From: Lama guanicoe
Taxonomy: Eukaryota
Length of the DNA stretch: 64,000 nucleotides
Reading direction: 5' to 3'
NCBI GenBank assembly: GCA_013239625.1
Contig: MU054220.1
Location: 3,349,374 to 3,413,373, forward strand
The first letter of the stretch is position 1, and each line of letters opens with the position of its first letter. Below, one piece after another: positions 39,561 through 52,529 of this stretch. Under the pieces are notes generated by a model that was given only the letters and a program-made list of their open reading frames with translations, was not told the origin of the DNA and did not search any database. Both the position numbers and the translations under genes were made by a program.

Positions 39561-40534
39561 TACTTAAAAAAAAAAAAAGAGGCAGTGAACCAAACAAAAA
39601 CTTAAGAAATATAACCCCCTGCAAAGTTTAATACAGAAGCAAAGAGAATGAGCCCAGATCCAGACAGCATGAACTTGTGAAATCCAGCTCTGGAACTTAC
39701 CGGCTGCGTGATCTTCTATAACCTATCTGTGCCTCAATTTATTCATCTGTATAATGGGGATGGCATTAATACATAATTGGACTGTTGCAAAAATTACATG
39801 AATTGATACATACAAAGTCATTAGCACTGTGTCTGTAGCATATTAAGAGTCAGTAAATTTCAGCCATTATTTATTATGGGTTTTTCTGAAAGAATCCACT
39901 TGCAAATAAAACAGACCAATCAAAATAAAAAAACACATAACTGGAAAAACTGTAGTGATTATTGTGTCCATTGAATTGTAGAACGAAAGTATTGGTTAAG
40001 GTCATGTTAACCACCTTAACAAACACAGTCAAAATATATAAGGGCTCAAACATGCTAGAAGTTTATGTCTGGATCATATACATTCCAAAATAGTTGTTTC
40101 CAGATTGGCAGCAGCTCTGCTCTAATTAGTGCTTCAGGTGTCGGCCCCACAGTGGTCAGCACGGGCATCCAGCCAATGGGATGGGAAGGAGGACGGAGAA
40201 TCACCCGCTGCAGTTATCACGGGCTAGAAGTTGGCACACAGCACGCCAGCTCACAGGCCGTCATCTAAAGCGCAGGCGCATCTGATTGCAAAGGACACTG
40301 GTAGGGGGGTGTAGTCCAGCTGTGTGGGAAGAAGGGTGAAGGATTTGGTGAACAACATCTGAAACAAAAGGCTTGTGGTGGAAGAACAAGATGTCAATGC
40401 TATAAACTTGGACAAAGTGAATAATAACAGTGTTCAGAGGTGGGAAAGGAAGGTGGGAACATTATGAAGGGTGATAATTTCCTCCTCTTTCTTAGCAGGC
40501 TATTGGTCTCCTCTGCTTCAAATTAAAACATGAA

Positions 40535-40684
40535 GGGGTAAGCGTATAGCTCAGTGGTAGAGCACATGCTTAGCATGCATGAGGTCATGGGTTCAATCCC
40601 CAGGACCTCTGTTAAAGTAAAGAAAAATAAAAAATAAAAATAAGTAAGTGAACCTAATTACTTCCCCAAACAATAACAACAACA
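40535..40684 (+). mobile_element. tRNA-derived SINE (camelid Vic-1-like)
   Basis: A box tatagctcagtggtagagc, B box gggttcaatccc, tail aacctaattacttcccc shared with the 25829 copy, TSD AAATTAAAACATG at 40520-40532 and 40685-40697. Confidence 0.88.
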
Positions 40685-41955
40685 AAATTAAAACATGGAA
40701 TTAAAAAAAAACCCTATGATGACTCTAATCTTCTAATTTTTCCACCTTCTGTTCTTTCACCTTAAAAGGATCTTTCAAATTAACGCCTCGTAGAGAAGAG
40801 CGTTTATCTGAAGTTCAGAAATTCGTTTAGCATGGCCTCAATTGCTTTTTCTTCTGTTAAATTCAAGTAAAATTGAATTTAGCACTCAAAAATGTTTTTA
40901 ATGCATACATATCTTGATCTCAAAGCTCACTTTGCACCTCCTAAAGCCTGGAAGTACCAGTCCAGACCTGCACCCCTGGAAAAGCTCAAGTGAGGTCCCA
41001 TTACCAGCATGAAAAGCCCTCAGCCGTTACTTGGCAGAAGGATGCTCAGACCCGCTTCCAAGGCTTCATTGTCAGCCACTGTCATGTGGACTGGTGAGGA
41101 GGCTCGTGGAAGTGTGGTTCCTAAGGACAGCGCCCCTAGTCTCTGCCCTGCACCCTCACAGTGTACTGAGTTTCACTGCTTTGCGTGAAGGAGCAGGGAT
41201 GTGAGAGGGAGATATTGGGCAGAGAGGACCCAGGCCTCTGCCTGCTGTTTCCATGAGAGGGAGGCAGAGCCAGAGTTAGGGGGCTGCTGGAATTTGCTGA
41301 TGTGGCTTCTCTTCTTCTCAAAATTGCACAAATGCTGGGAGTTAGCAGTTTCCAGGCAGGAAGTAATCACTAAGAAAAAAAAGAACCAGGGGGATTGCTG
41401 GAATCAGCAGATTTCAGAGGATTTGCGTTAAGTGCTTTGCAAAGCAACCCTCGCACCACCTCCGGCCCTCATCAGGACCACTCAACATTGCTGATGACAA
41501 AATAGCTTGTCTAAGGTCCCCTAGGGGCATGTAGGGCACCCAAGGACCCTGCTTCCAAGAGGCATGGAGGGGAATCTCTCTTGATGGCCATTGTGTAAGA
41601 GTTGTCTGATTGCTTAATGTAGACTGCATGAATTTGCCATCCACCAGCCAGCCCCTAGAGAGACCTGTATCCCGGAGCTCACCCTAACCCATCCCTCTCC
41701 CCTCACCCAGGCTTGGGACCCTTTCTCCCAGGTTTGATGACTCCTCAGGCAGGGGAACAGGTCTGCAGTCAAGCCACGTGCTCACCCAGCTCCACAGACA
41801 CCTTTACCTGCTGCGAACCTTGATTGTCATTCATTCATGTCAGTCATTCATTCAGCAGGGATTTACTGAGAATGAAGTGCTTTGCTATGGTCTGGGGATA
41901 CATCAGTGGACAGAGAAGCCACCCTGTCCTTGTGGAGCTTATATTCCAACCCGGA

Positions 41956-42158
41956 CAGGGTTTTTAAACCACGGCACTGTTGATATTCTGGACTGGATCA
42001 TTTTGAAGAACGAGGGCAGTCCTGTGCATCCTTTACCATCGTCATCCTTTACCAACTAGATGTCAGGAGCCACTCCCCCTCTCCTGATAGTGACCAACAC
42101 AAATGTCTCCAGACATTACCAAATGTCCCCTGGAGGGCCCCCAGTTGGGAATCGTTGA
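41956..42158. mobile_element. MER20-like hAT DNA transposon
   Basis: ggcactgttgatattctggactggatcatt...aaatgtctccagacattaccaaatgtcccctgg. Confidence 0.75.
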
Positions 42159-42339
42159 AATGGGGAGACACACATCCACACTCACACATGCACACACATA
42201 TGCACACCCCTCACGATACATTTAGCAGGAGGCCCACCACAGAGAGGGTCTTAGACAAGCTCTGGGTCCTGATGTTTGCCATCAGGACCCCAGCTAACTA
42301 GAGCTAACGTGATTTTGTTGCCAGGCCCTGGACATAGAT

Positions 42340-42500
42340 TACCTGATTTATTCCTTCCAAAATGACAATCCCAGTATTAATTGCCCTCATCCCATATTAC
42401 AGATGGGGAAACTGAGGCTTAAAAGAAGTGAAGCAACTCTCCACAGCTAGTAAGTGGAGCAGCTGAGATTTGAACCCAGGCAGTCTGACTCCAGACCATA
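42340..42500. mobile_element. MIR SINE
   Basis: acagatggggaaactgaggc...gatttgaacccaggcagtctgactccaga. Confidence 0.75.
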
Positions 42501-44104
42501 CACACTCTGGAACTAGCAGTGTGTTTGTCTAACCTGCACCCTCGTGGTGTCAAGAAGCTAAGATGAGATCATTGGAAATGATCTCAGGAAAGCTCGGGGC
42601 AAACTAGACAGAGAGAAAGAGAGGAACAATTTAAAGGTGAACATTTCAAATTCAAGTGCTGGGCCACCAAGGACAGAAGCCATAGAGAAAACCTGAGACT
42701 AATTTGTGTTTCCCCTCCTGGTCTAATTTAAAACACTTTATTTCAGGACCAATAAAAATCTACGGTGGATAAGAATGCAAAATCACATAACTTTTTTAGG
42801 GTAAAACTATAGAGACTTCCAAGAATATGCACATTTATGGCTGTTTCTTCAGGCTCCTCTGGCCTGGCCTGGGTGGGAAAGTTAGAGAAACTCTGATTAA
42901 TAATGGTAACAGCTAGTATTCACGAGATCCTTCCCATGCAGCGAATGCCGTTCCGAGCCCTTTGCTTGTGCTAAGTCATTTAAGCCTTACAAAAGCCCGT
43001 GAAGTATGTGTAGTTTCTTTTATATCAATTATACCTTTAAAAAGCTATTCTGAAAGAAAAAAAGAAAGAAATGAGGAATAAGAAATTGGAAAGTGTGAAT
43101 AGGTGCACATTCCTCATTACTGAGTAATTGAAGTTATTTAACTATAAAATAAATATTATTTTTCTTTAAAAAAAAAAAGCCCTATGAAGTTGATTCAGGC
43201 AATCAGGGGCCCGGGAGACGAACATGACTTTGCTGGGGGTCCTAGTGTGAGACCCGCAGAGACACGGCTGGCTCAGGGCCATGCTGCATACCCCTCAGCC
43301 TCTGATGTCAGTGGAGGAAGTTCTCAAGGAGCAGATGACTAAGGATGGAGAACACAGCGAGATGCCCAGAATTGTGTTGAGGCTAGGGGCATTAGCAGGC
43401 AGTGGAGGGAGGGTGGAGCTTTCCGGAAAGAGTGTGAGGTGGAGTCCCACAGGATAGCAGAGAGGATCTGAACCTTGATTCTCTCCTGAATCCAGTTGAC
43501 CTTCCCTAGGGGCAGGTAGAAAAAGACTGGAGACAGACACAGGCCGGTATAGGTGTGGTGTACAAAGATTGAGCTAGAAACTTGGTGGGGTGTCAGGAAG
43601 CAAAAAAGAACAACCACAAAAAAGAACTCAGGGTCCTGCCCTGCCCTCAAGGCACAGCCAACATACTTATGTTTCTCAAACTATGGTCCATGGACCACCA
43701 TTCCTCTCCCCCCACAGTGCCACCTGAGGAGTTTGCTGGAAAATACACATTTCCCATGTTAATTTAGATGACAAAAGACTTTTCATTTATTTATTAAAAT
43801 AAGAACTCTCACAGAGTCATGGACTTGTATTTTTTTCCCCATTAGGTATGTGGGAGGAGAAGAAAGTCCAGCAGTCCTGTCCTGATTTGACAGAGCATCT
43901 TACAAGTATTTATACTCTTTACGCATCCAGGGATGTCCACTACAGCATTGTGACCAGAGAAATGGCTGGTCCGAATTGCAGGTTTCTCTTTAAAGGTTAT
44001 TTTCACAGGACATGGGCAAATATCTCTGAAATCTCAGAAGTTTTATAAGATCCTTTTGTTCAAATTATTCTTCTGTCACTGGCAATAGGTTCACAAATAT
44101 TGAC

Positions 44105-44630
44105 ATGTTCTGGTTATCTATTGCAATATAACACATCACCCCAATTCTTAGTGGCTTAAAACAATACTTTGTAGTTCTCTCATGTCACTGCAGTTCATTG
44201 GACTCAGATGGACAGATCTCACTTGGAGTCTTTCACACGGTAGCATTCAGATAGTGGCTGGGGCTTGTGTCACCTAAAGGCTCAACCAAGCTGGACATCC
44301 CACATGTCTCACGCACAAATCAGTCCGTATGGGCTGCCGGCTGGGAACTCAGCTAGGCTGTTGACTGGACTTTTTACGCATGGCCTCTCCATGCACTTGG
44401 CCTTCCCAGAATTTGGAAGCTGGGCTCCTAGAGGGAGCATCTCTGGTGAGCATTCCAAGAGGCCCAGGCAGAAGCTGGAAGGTTTCCTATGACCCAGTCT
44501 TGGAAGTCTCAGAATATCACTTCTGTGCCTTCTATTGACCAGCAAATCACCAAGGCCAGCCCACACCAAAGATGAGGGAAACAGACTCCAGTTACCGGGA
44601 GGGAAGGAATTGATGGTCTTCTTTGGAGGT
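44105..44630 (-). mobile_element. Old MLT1 (MaLR) LTR
   Basis: ggttatctattgc...cttagtggcttaaaacaa...tcacttctgtgccttctattg...tcaccaaggccagccca. Confidence 0.7.
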
Positions 44631-47600
44631 TATCAGTCGCATCCACCAGGTTCCACAGTGCGTGGAAACCAAGACTGCTGTTCTCATGAATGATCTCAAT
44701 TTTACATCATATCAACTCAGATTATTTGCCAAAGAAAGAACTCACTCCTGCCGTAGCTATAGAAAAGAGGGGATGTCAGCTTCATTCCTCTTTGAGACAG
44801 TTTCATTAATTATGAACACTTCAAATTTTGAAGGTAAAACCTCGAATGTAATTAGTGTTATAAGCAATCAATCTGTAACTCTCAACTGAAGTGGAGCAGA
44901 AGATGATAAGGAGTTTTCCTTATACTCGGTGATGTGAGGCACAGATCTTATTAATCTTCAACACTAGGGCCACCAGTGACCCCAAATCAGCCTCTCTGGT
45001 AGAGGTGGGGCCCAGAAATTGGTATTTTGTCATTTTTATTCATGGTGTTTTATTCATAGTATTAATTCTTCTTCCCCTAATTAGAATCCCTTCCAAGTCT
45101 GTTGATTAATGTAAAGTGTCATGATGATACTGATGACAATAAACATCTTGTCATTTATTTAGCACTTAGGAAAGTTCAAAGCACTTTTCACTGATTGACT
45201 CTGTTTCACAATAACTCCCCACATCTCCTCTGGCTTCTTTGCTCTGTGACGCAGATTGATCCTGGCTTTGCCTACAGAGCTCCTCAAATTCACCAACTTG
45301 ACTTTGCCTCTGAGATTTCTTCTTCAATATGCCATTAATTCTCCTCCAGAACACACCCCCCCCAATTCCTCCTTCTCCTCCTCCACCTGGAAGCCCACTG
45401 TGATTTGAAGGAGGGGAAAGGACATCATCTCTCATTAGGACCCTTCATTAACCAGGGAAGAAATAAACCTGTGAAAGTTTTCAAGGGGGCAGTAGAGAGC
45501 CTGGGGTGAACCCTGGAATTGAACCCATGAGGTCTGGAAGCTCAGTCCAGCTCAGCTACAGAGTCTTGTGACCCAGGCCAGGCCCCTCTACTCTGGATCT
45601 TGGTGTGAAATGAGGGTGTCGACCACCATCAGTGGCTTCGTGGGGGCTTTGGAGCAGCTTTGAAGCTCCTTCGAGGTGCCTGCTGTGTAATGTGGGAAGT
45701 GCATTCTTCTCCCTGCCCCCCTCTTCCGGAAGCTTGGCTTTTGTTTACAAGTCAAATTTCCACATGAAACTGCTGCAGGGCAGGGGTGGGGGAACGTTTT
45801 TCAATAACAATAAACAACGCTTCTCCTGGATCACACGAACTCTAGTTTTCCTTTCAGCCCTAACGTGTCAAAGGTAATGATTTCCTACCACCCAGTGCTG
45901 ACCCTGTGCCCGGCATTGGGCCAAGCACTTCCTACCCATTATTTTACTTAATTCTCTCCCTTTAAAGATGTCAAAAACTGAGCCTCACTAAGATGAAGTT
46001 CTTTGCCAGAGGCCACCTAGCTGTTCTCTGGTGAGAGCTGGACACCCTCCTGGGTGGGCTGGTGCCACGCTCTGACTTGACTGCCGTGTGGCACTCCTTT
46101 CCAGCCTGACCACTGACCCTCACTGATGCAGACCAGGTGGCCACGGCTTCTCCCACTCCCCTCCACCCAGTGGAGTGGTTTAGACAGTGCCAGGGGTTGC
46201 AGGCCCTCCCATGGGTGGGAACAGGGCCCGGGTGGGGTGGTGGAGGGACGTGTGAAGGGCTGTGCGTAAGGGCTCAGCAACGCCTCAAGGCTGTGGGACA
46301 CGGACAGGGCTTCTCTCTGTCCACTCGCCATACTTACTGAGACGCCATTATGTGCCAGGCACTGTTACAGGGCTGGGGATACATCAATGGATAGCACAGA
46401 CCATAGCCCTGCCTTCCTAAGGGCTAATTCCAAAAGGGAGACTCAGGCCATCAACAAGACAGAGAAGACAGGTAAAGAAAATTATACGGACCATGAAATA
46501 ATATTAAAAGTAAGACAGGGAGTGATGGGGCGAAAGGCAGAGGACTCGTCACTTTAGATAAGGCGGACAGAGAGGCCTCATAGAGGAAGAAGGTGATGCA
46601 GGGAGTGAAGACCTGGCGAGGAGGGGCCGTTCCCCCTATGTCCTCCAGGTGGCAGCATCCTCCCATCCCTGGGACAGCACAGGTGGCTCCTCTTCCCAGC
46701 CCCAGAGTAGCATCCCAGGGATGCTTAAGTCTACGGGAACCAGGGTACCTCGGCCCATCTGAAAATGCTAGTTAAAATGGAGACTCCTGGAAAACAATGC
46801 ATGAAGAATTCCTGGGGTGTGAGTGCTGTTGTTTCTTTATCTGGATACTGGATAGAAGAGGCGTATTCACTTTGTAAAAATCCCCTAAGTTATGCTTATG
46901 ATCTATGAACTTACTGCCCATAGGTTATACTTCCATAAAAAGTTAAAAATGACACACTTTAAGGATTTTATTTTACGTAAATCATAGTTTTATTGCTTTT
47001 CCAACCTCTTGCTGATTAGAGCTCTGTGCCATCTTTCTTAAAGTTTATTAAAACATGTTAGTACCGATAAAATGCTCAGAGCCCTGTCTGGCACATAGAA
47101 AGCACTTCACAAATGTTCACACCATTTCCTTTTGTACACACCACCAGACACCACCCGGGATATCCAGTCTCACTTTCTTTACAGCAGAGCAAGAGCTTAG
47201 GTACCCTTGCCTGGCAATCTGATAGCAGAATCCTAGATTTTATAATTTTCCTCAACCCATTTGCAGATAACCTGCTTTTACCAATTTTAACAGAAGTTCT
47301 AAAAGCAACTCACCTTCAGGGGTCTTTCCAAAATACTGGCCTTAGTTTTCATAGAACTAACTCTCCTTCATGCTTCTATCTCATTAGTTGACATATTAAT
47401 TAATGAAAGTATATAATTCAATCATGAGATCAACTGCCATGAAGAGATTTGGAGATGAACACAACTAACCTAAGTGAGCGTATAACTTGCCTGGAAGAGG
47501 AGGGATGCTGAAGGCAGGGAGAGAGGGCCTTGCTGGCCAGGAGGTGTCATCAGGTCACGGCATCACGCAAAGTTGGTTTTGTGGAGGTTGGGTCAGAGAG

Positions 47601-48499
47601 CTATTCCTTACCATTCTTAAATGTTAGGTCCTCAGGACTGATTCTTACACGATTATTAATGATCTGGTGCTCCCATCAGGCATTGCTGAAAGTGCTTGGT
47701 GAGGGTGCCTTTGGGAACCAGGAATAGCCATCAAAGCTGCTCATTACATGACTTCTGCACCAGGCCCCGTACCAGTACCCCGGTAACCTCCCTGTCACCC
47801 TGTGAAGACTAGAATATCATTTAACCCTTGAAGCTCTTCATGCTTAACCAACACTCCAAAAGTGCGTGGCTTAAAATGACTCATAATCTTCATTTTGCTC
47901 CTAGTTCTGTGAGTTGGCACTTCGGTGGGGCTCAGCTGGGTAGTTAGCTGGGCGCTGTCATGTGTCTGCGGTGAGCTGCTGGTCAGCTGCACAGCTGTAC
48001 TTCCGGGTAGGCTGGGGTCATGCAGAAGACTGGGCCACCTGATCTCTCGTCCTCCGGTGATGCTGTGAAGTGCTCAGTTCCAGAATATTTTTCTACCTTT
48101 CACTGACTTGGCTTTCTGTATCAGGGGCCCCCAGACCAACCCCTTTCTCCTTTCTGCCTTATGATGTGGCCCCAGAATTGCTCAGAGCAGGAATTCTGGG
48201 AGTGGGCCTCACTCCTGGGCCTCTACTGAACTCCCTACCTCCTCGCCCTCTCCCAGTGTCCTTCTGCCCTCCGGGGCCTGCGTTATCCCGCTAAGGGGCC
48301 CAGGATCTCCAACCCCTCATCCCAGGCAGCTTCCTCCTGCACTTCCTGCCGTCAGCGGGGCCCAGAGCTTGGGGAGTGTCCAGTTAGCAGTGGTCCAGCT
48401 TGGAGAACCACAAAGTCACCAAATGAGCAAACTAACAATGCAGAGCTGAAAAGTGGGGGGCAGTAGAGAGGAAAACCGACCAGCCCCCGATATCTGCTC

Positions 48500-49350
48500 T
48501 CTCCTCATGCTGTTGACAATGCCAGCAAGTCATATGGCTATGCATATCGGGACAGGAGCTTGGCAGCTGTGTCCTGGATGCCTGCTGCAACCTCCTCACT
48601 AGTCCACCAGCGTCTACTTTGTCCCTGTCCCATCTGTTCTCAATACTTCAGGCAGAGGAGTCTTTTCAACACACAAAACTGATCACATTGTGCTGCCCTG
48701 CCCCAAACACTGAGTGCCTGTCCATCATGGCTGGCAAGCCGCACCGTCTGGTCCCCACCTCCCTCCTCGGCCTCATCTCAAACAGAACTCCTCTCAGTTG
48801 TGTGCTGGAGCGGCTCCTACCAGCTCACAGAACTAACTGGTAAATACTCAGGAATTTGCTGGCAGCTGGAAATCGACCATGGTGGGAGTATTGACACCAG
48901 AGAAATCAACAAATGCTGAAAATCAATACCTCATCCCCTCTTTCCCCTCAAGAGCTGGTTGGCCAGCACGCTGCCACCCCTGCCCACTGTGCAGATCCAT
49001 CATAGGGTCATTGTGTGTACTGTTTCTCTGCCTGGAACACTCCTTCTTTGCTGGATTAGCTTTAGTCTTTTAGACCTCAGTCTGATTGCTACTTCCTCTG
49101 GAAAGCCTTTATTGGTGTCTGGGAATAAGTCACATTTCAGCCTTGAACCTCTCCATCTTAGCCTGTATTGCAGTTGTAATTTCACAGGTATTTGCTCGAT
49201 GAATGATTATCGTCCGTCTTTCCTTTGGGAATGTAAACTCCATGGCAAGAGGGATCACACCTGGTTTTGCTCCCTAACTTTTTTCTATCACTGAGCATGG
49301 TGCCTGGTACATGGTAGAAACTAAAAAAAAAAAAAAAAAAGTTGAATGAA
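48500..49350 (+). mobile_element. L2 fragment with nested DNA transposon
   Basis: Ends agcatggtgcctggtacatggtag...gttgaatgaatgaatga (L2 3' terminus). Confidence 0.6.
48796..48975. mobile_element. MER63-like hAT element
   Basis: cagttgtgtgctggagcggctc...tcaggaatttgc...ccagcacg, with inverted termini. Confidence 0.55.
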
Positions 49351-51409
49351 TGAATGAGTTAGACAAACATGCACTAGACAGGAAGTCCTAAGTTTTGGCT
49401 TCTGTGGCAAAGGCTACTTTTGCTTATGCAAAAGTATTTCCCAGTCTGTATTTCCCAGTCTCCTCTGTGTTTATGTTATGGGATGTCATGTTGTCAAATT
49501 CTGATCAATCAAAGAGATGAAATCTATGCACTGTTTCCAGCCATGGACTCTGAAATATCACAAGTGGTCCTCAGTCCCCTCTCTTTTCTCCATCTGCATG
49601 GCAAGAAGCAAAGGAGTCACAAGACAGAAAAAGCCCAGATTCCTGAGTCACGGATTGGAGATGAGCTGCCCGCCCAGGTCCCCTGACTCTCCTTGAACTG
49701 TGATAGGAGCAAGATATACTTTTATTGAGTTGATCCCTGAGGTTTGAAGTTATTTGTTACTGCCGTAGAACCTCATCTACACTGACTGCAAACACCTTCC
49801 CAGCTCTGCCGTTCTTTCTTCCCTTTGGCCAGCCACAGTCGCTCTAGGCCCCAGGTTCCCTCTTGGTAAAATGAAAGGATTCCACATGGTGATCTCTGAA
49901 ATCTTCCCAATGTTAAAATCCGGTTGTTCTGCCTGTATATTTCCTCCCTCCAGCTTAGCAAGATACACAGACACTATGTTTGCTTAATAAGAATATCTCC
50001 TACATTTGAAGTCCTTTCCCCCAGTTAAAAGCATTTTCATGTCTTAGGATTCAAAGTGGTTACACAGAATATTTAAACAACAACATCCAACATCCAACAA
50101 GTAAAATATCTAACAAAAGAACAATGGTGGCATTTTATAAACAGGCTGGGGGCCCTTCAGGGATCTACTCCTCAGCCTTCCAGAAGCCCCCCCACCCAAG
50201 CATCCTGCTCTGTCTGCCCTTGGCAATCTGGTGGCCCCAGAATTCCAATTATTTGCAAGCCTCATCCTTAGACTGTCTCAGCATTCCACTCAGCTGACTC
50301 TGTCAACTGCCTTTCTCAGTAGAGATGATCTCATTTTTCAAAGGATCTCACTAATGCCTTTTCTTAGAGAGTTGTCATTAAAGGCTGCTGCCTGCGTATC
50401 AGTAACCAAGAAGCAAAAGTCACATTTTTGATGAGATGTAGCCAAGGTGACCCAGAGTCCCAATGACTTTAACTGGGTTTCAAATCTCCCGTGGTCTATC
50501 CTTAATCTGCCATGGGTTTACTGTGTGTGGAAGAGGCAAAAAGCAAGCTGTTATTCTTGGGCTGGGGGTCCCTCTTACCATTAGAAATGAAGGTCACTGC
50601 AGCTGCTAACATCTCAGTAACCATAGTAACAATGGACCACATGACAGATGTCTGATCCCCATCAGACAATGCCTGATATTAAGTGTTCTTCATCCTTCCC
50701 TTCACCCCCACCCCAGATCTTATTAGGTGGCATTTAGGGTCTCCCAGGGGAGTAGCTCAGGCATGGATTGACAGCATTAATTAAACCTCTTATTTCCCCA
50801 GGACATTTTGCAATGCCAGGCCTGGGAGCCAAGAAACCTCCCAGGGAAGCTTTTATGAGAGAGAATGCTAAGTCTACCACCAGAGAATGAGGCACTTTTT
50901 CTCCACAGTTGACAGCAAATTAAGCTCAGTAGGAAAATGTGCCTGGCATACAGCAGGCACAAAATAAATACTAGCAGAAGAGGCAATGTAACTAAATGGA
51001 GCTCATTGAGCAAATGGGATTCCTTTCAAGCCACTGGAAGTCCTCCATGAGATGACTTTGTGAACCATTCATCCTTTCAGCACTTATTGAGCACCTGCTG
51101 TGTGCACCCACAGGTGCACCCATAGTATAGAGGCTCTAAAGATATTTATTTACTGAATGAATCCCATGCCCCTGAGGGTGTCTGGGGCTCCAAGGCATAT
51201 TGGGAAGTGTGTAGAGAGGAGTCTCAAGGGATGGGCAGGACTTTGGATTCAACTAGAGGCTCTTGGGTTTATTACTGGAGAAACTTTGAAAGTGTTTATG
51301 CATGTGAGTGACAGGCTCAACTTTGCATTTCAGAACATCTTTTTTTGATGCCCTGTAAGGAAAGGATTAGAAGGGACTATTGCTTTGATCAAAGAAACGA
51401 TGTTCTAGA

Positions 51410-51755
51410 ACTGTTGGACCCAGGCCTTTAGAGAACTGACAGTTTCTGCTTCCTTCCTCTTGGAACCTGGCTGCCATGCGGCGAGATGCTGCAGCCATGT
51501 GGAGGAGAACCGAGGTGCCTGGTACACAGCCCAGCTGTGTTCTGAGTAGCAGATAACACCAACTGCTTGCCATGCGGTATGCCATCTTGCATGTTCCAGC
51601 CCAGTGGACTGTAGTCCCAGAAGATACCATGTTGAGCAGGAAAACCACCCAGGTGAGCCCAATCAACCCACAAACCACATGAGAAGTAAGAAAAGAAATG
51701 TTCTAAGCCACCAAGTCATGGGTGCTTCATTATACAGGAGTAGGTAACAAACACT
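51410..51755 (+). mobile_element. MLT1 (MaLR) LTR fragment
   Basis: ttcctcttggaacc...gccatcttgcatgttccagccc...ctaagccaccaag...gtaggtaacaaaca. Confidence 0.65.
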
Positions 51756-52529
51756 GGGAGGTACCAGGTGGTGATCACATCTGCAGCTCAGCAGAAAAGG
51801 TCTGGCTGGAATGGACATGGATTTGGGAGTCATCAGCTGCAAGGAAGTTGAGAGCCCTGTTTTGAATGAAATCACCTCCACTCCTCCTCGCAGGTGTCCA
51901 GCAGGCCTAGAGCATAGCCGACTCACGGCAAATGCTTGCTGAATTAAATTAAGCACTTTGCCTAATGAAAAACATTGGAAATCCCTGTTCTGTGATCTAA
52001 GTCCTCCTCATGCCTGCAATTCTAATTTCCCCTCACTCTGAGCACACTTCTTTCATACTCCCTTTCTCTGAATCAAAGGGTGGGCTCCTGGCTGCTGCAT
52101 TTGGTACTCTTTATCCTTCTAAGATAAGTCCTTTCCTTGAGGGCGGCATGTGGGCTTGGACTCTGCAAACCTGAGTCTGGGATCAGAATGACTGGAGTTT
52201 TCTGGCTGCCCCTCATCCCCTCTGAGCCTCAGCTTCCTCATCTGTAGATGAAGATGGGAATATCTGCAAATCTGATTAGGGGATAAAAGTAGACTCCCAG
52301 GGCAAGGCTAGAGGTGGTGCAGATGTGAACAGAACCATTGCAATCACCCTCACCAGGACATGATACAGTCTGCATCAATTCCCTCTCGTCCTTCTCCCTG
52401 GTAGTAAACGCCTGGCAAGTTCAGGAAATGGGAAATCTCCAGTTTTGTGTGTTTGAACGGCTCGTGAATGATTTTACAGCCTCCTTGTCCAGAGAGCGTG
52501 AACAAAAGGGTAGAAGTCTGGTAAAATGA

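Noticed and set aside
40535..40610. tRNA genes (also near 25830 and 33850)
   Set aside because: A/B boxes are present but followed by SINE tails and flanked by TSDs; no intact cloverleaf is evident.
41125..41134. REST/NRSE site (GGACAGCGCC), and a weak match near 22020
   Set aside because: Only a right half-site at 41125, and the 22020 match has about five mismatches.
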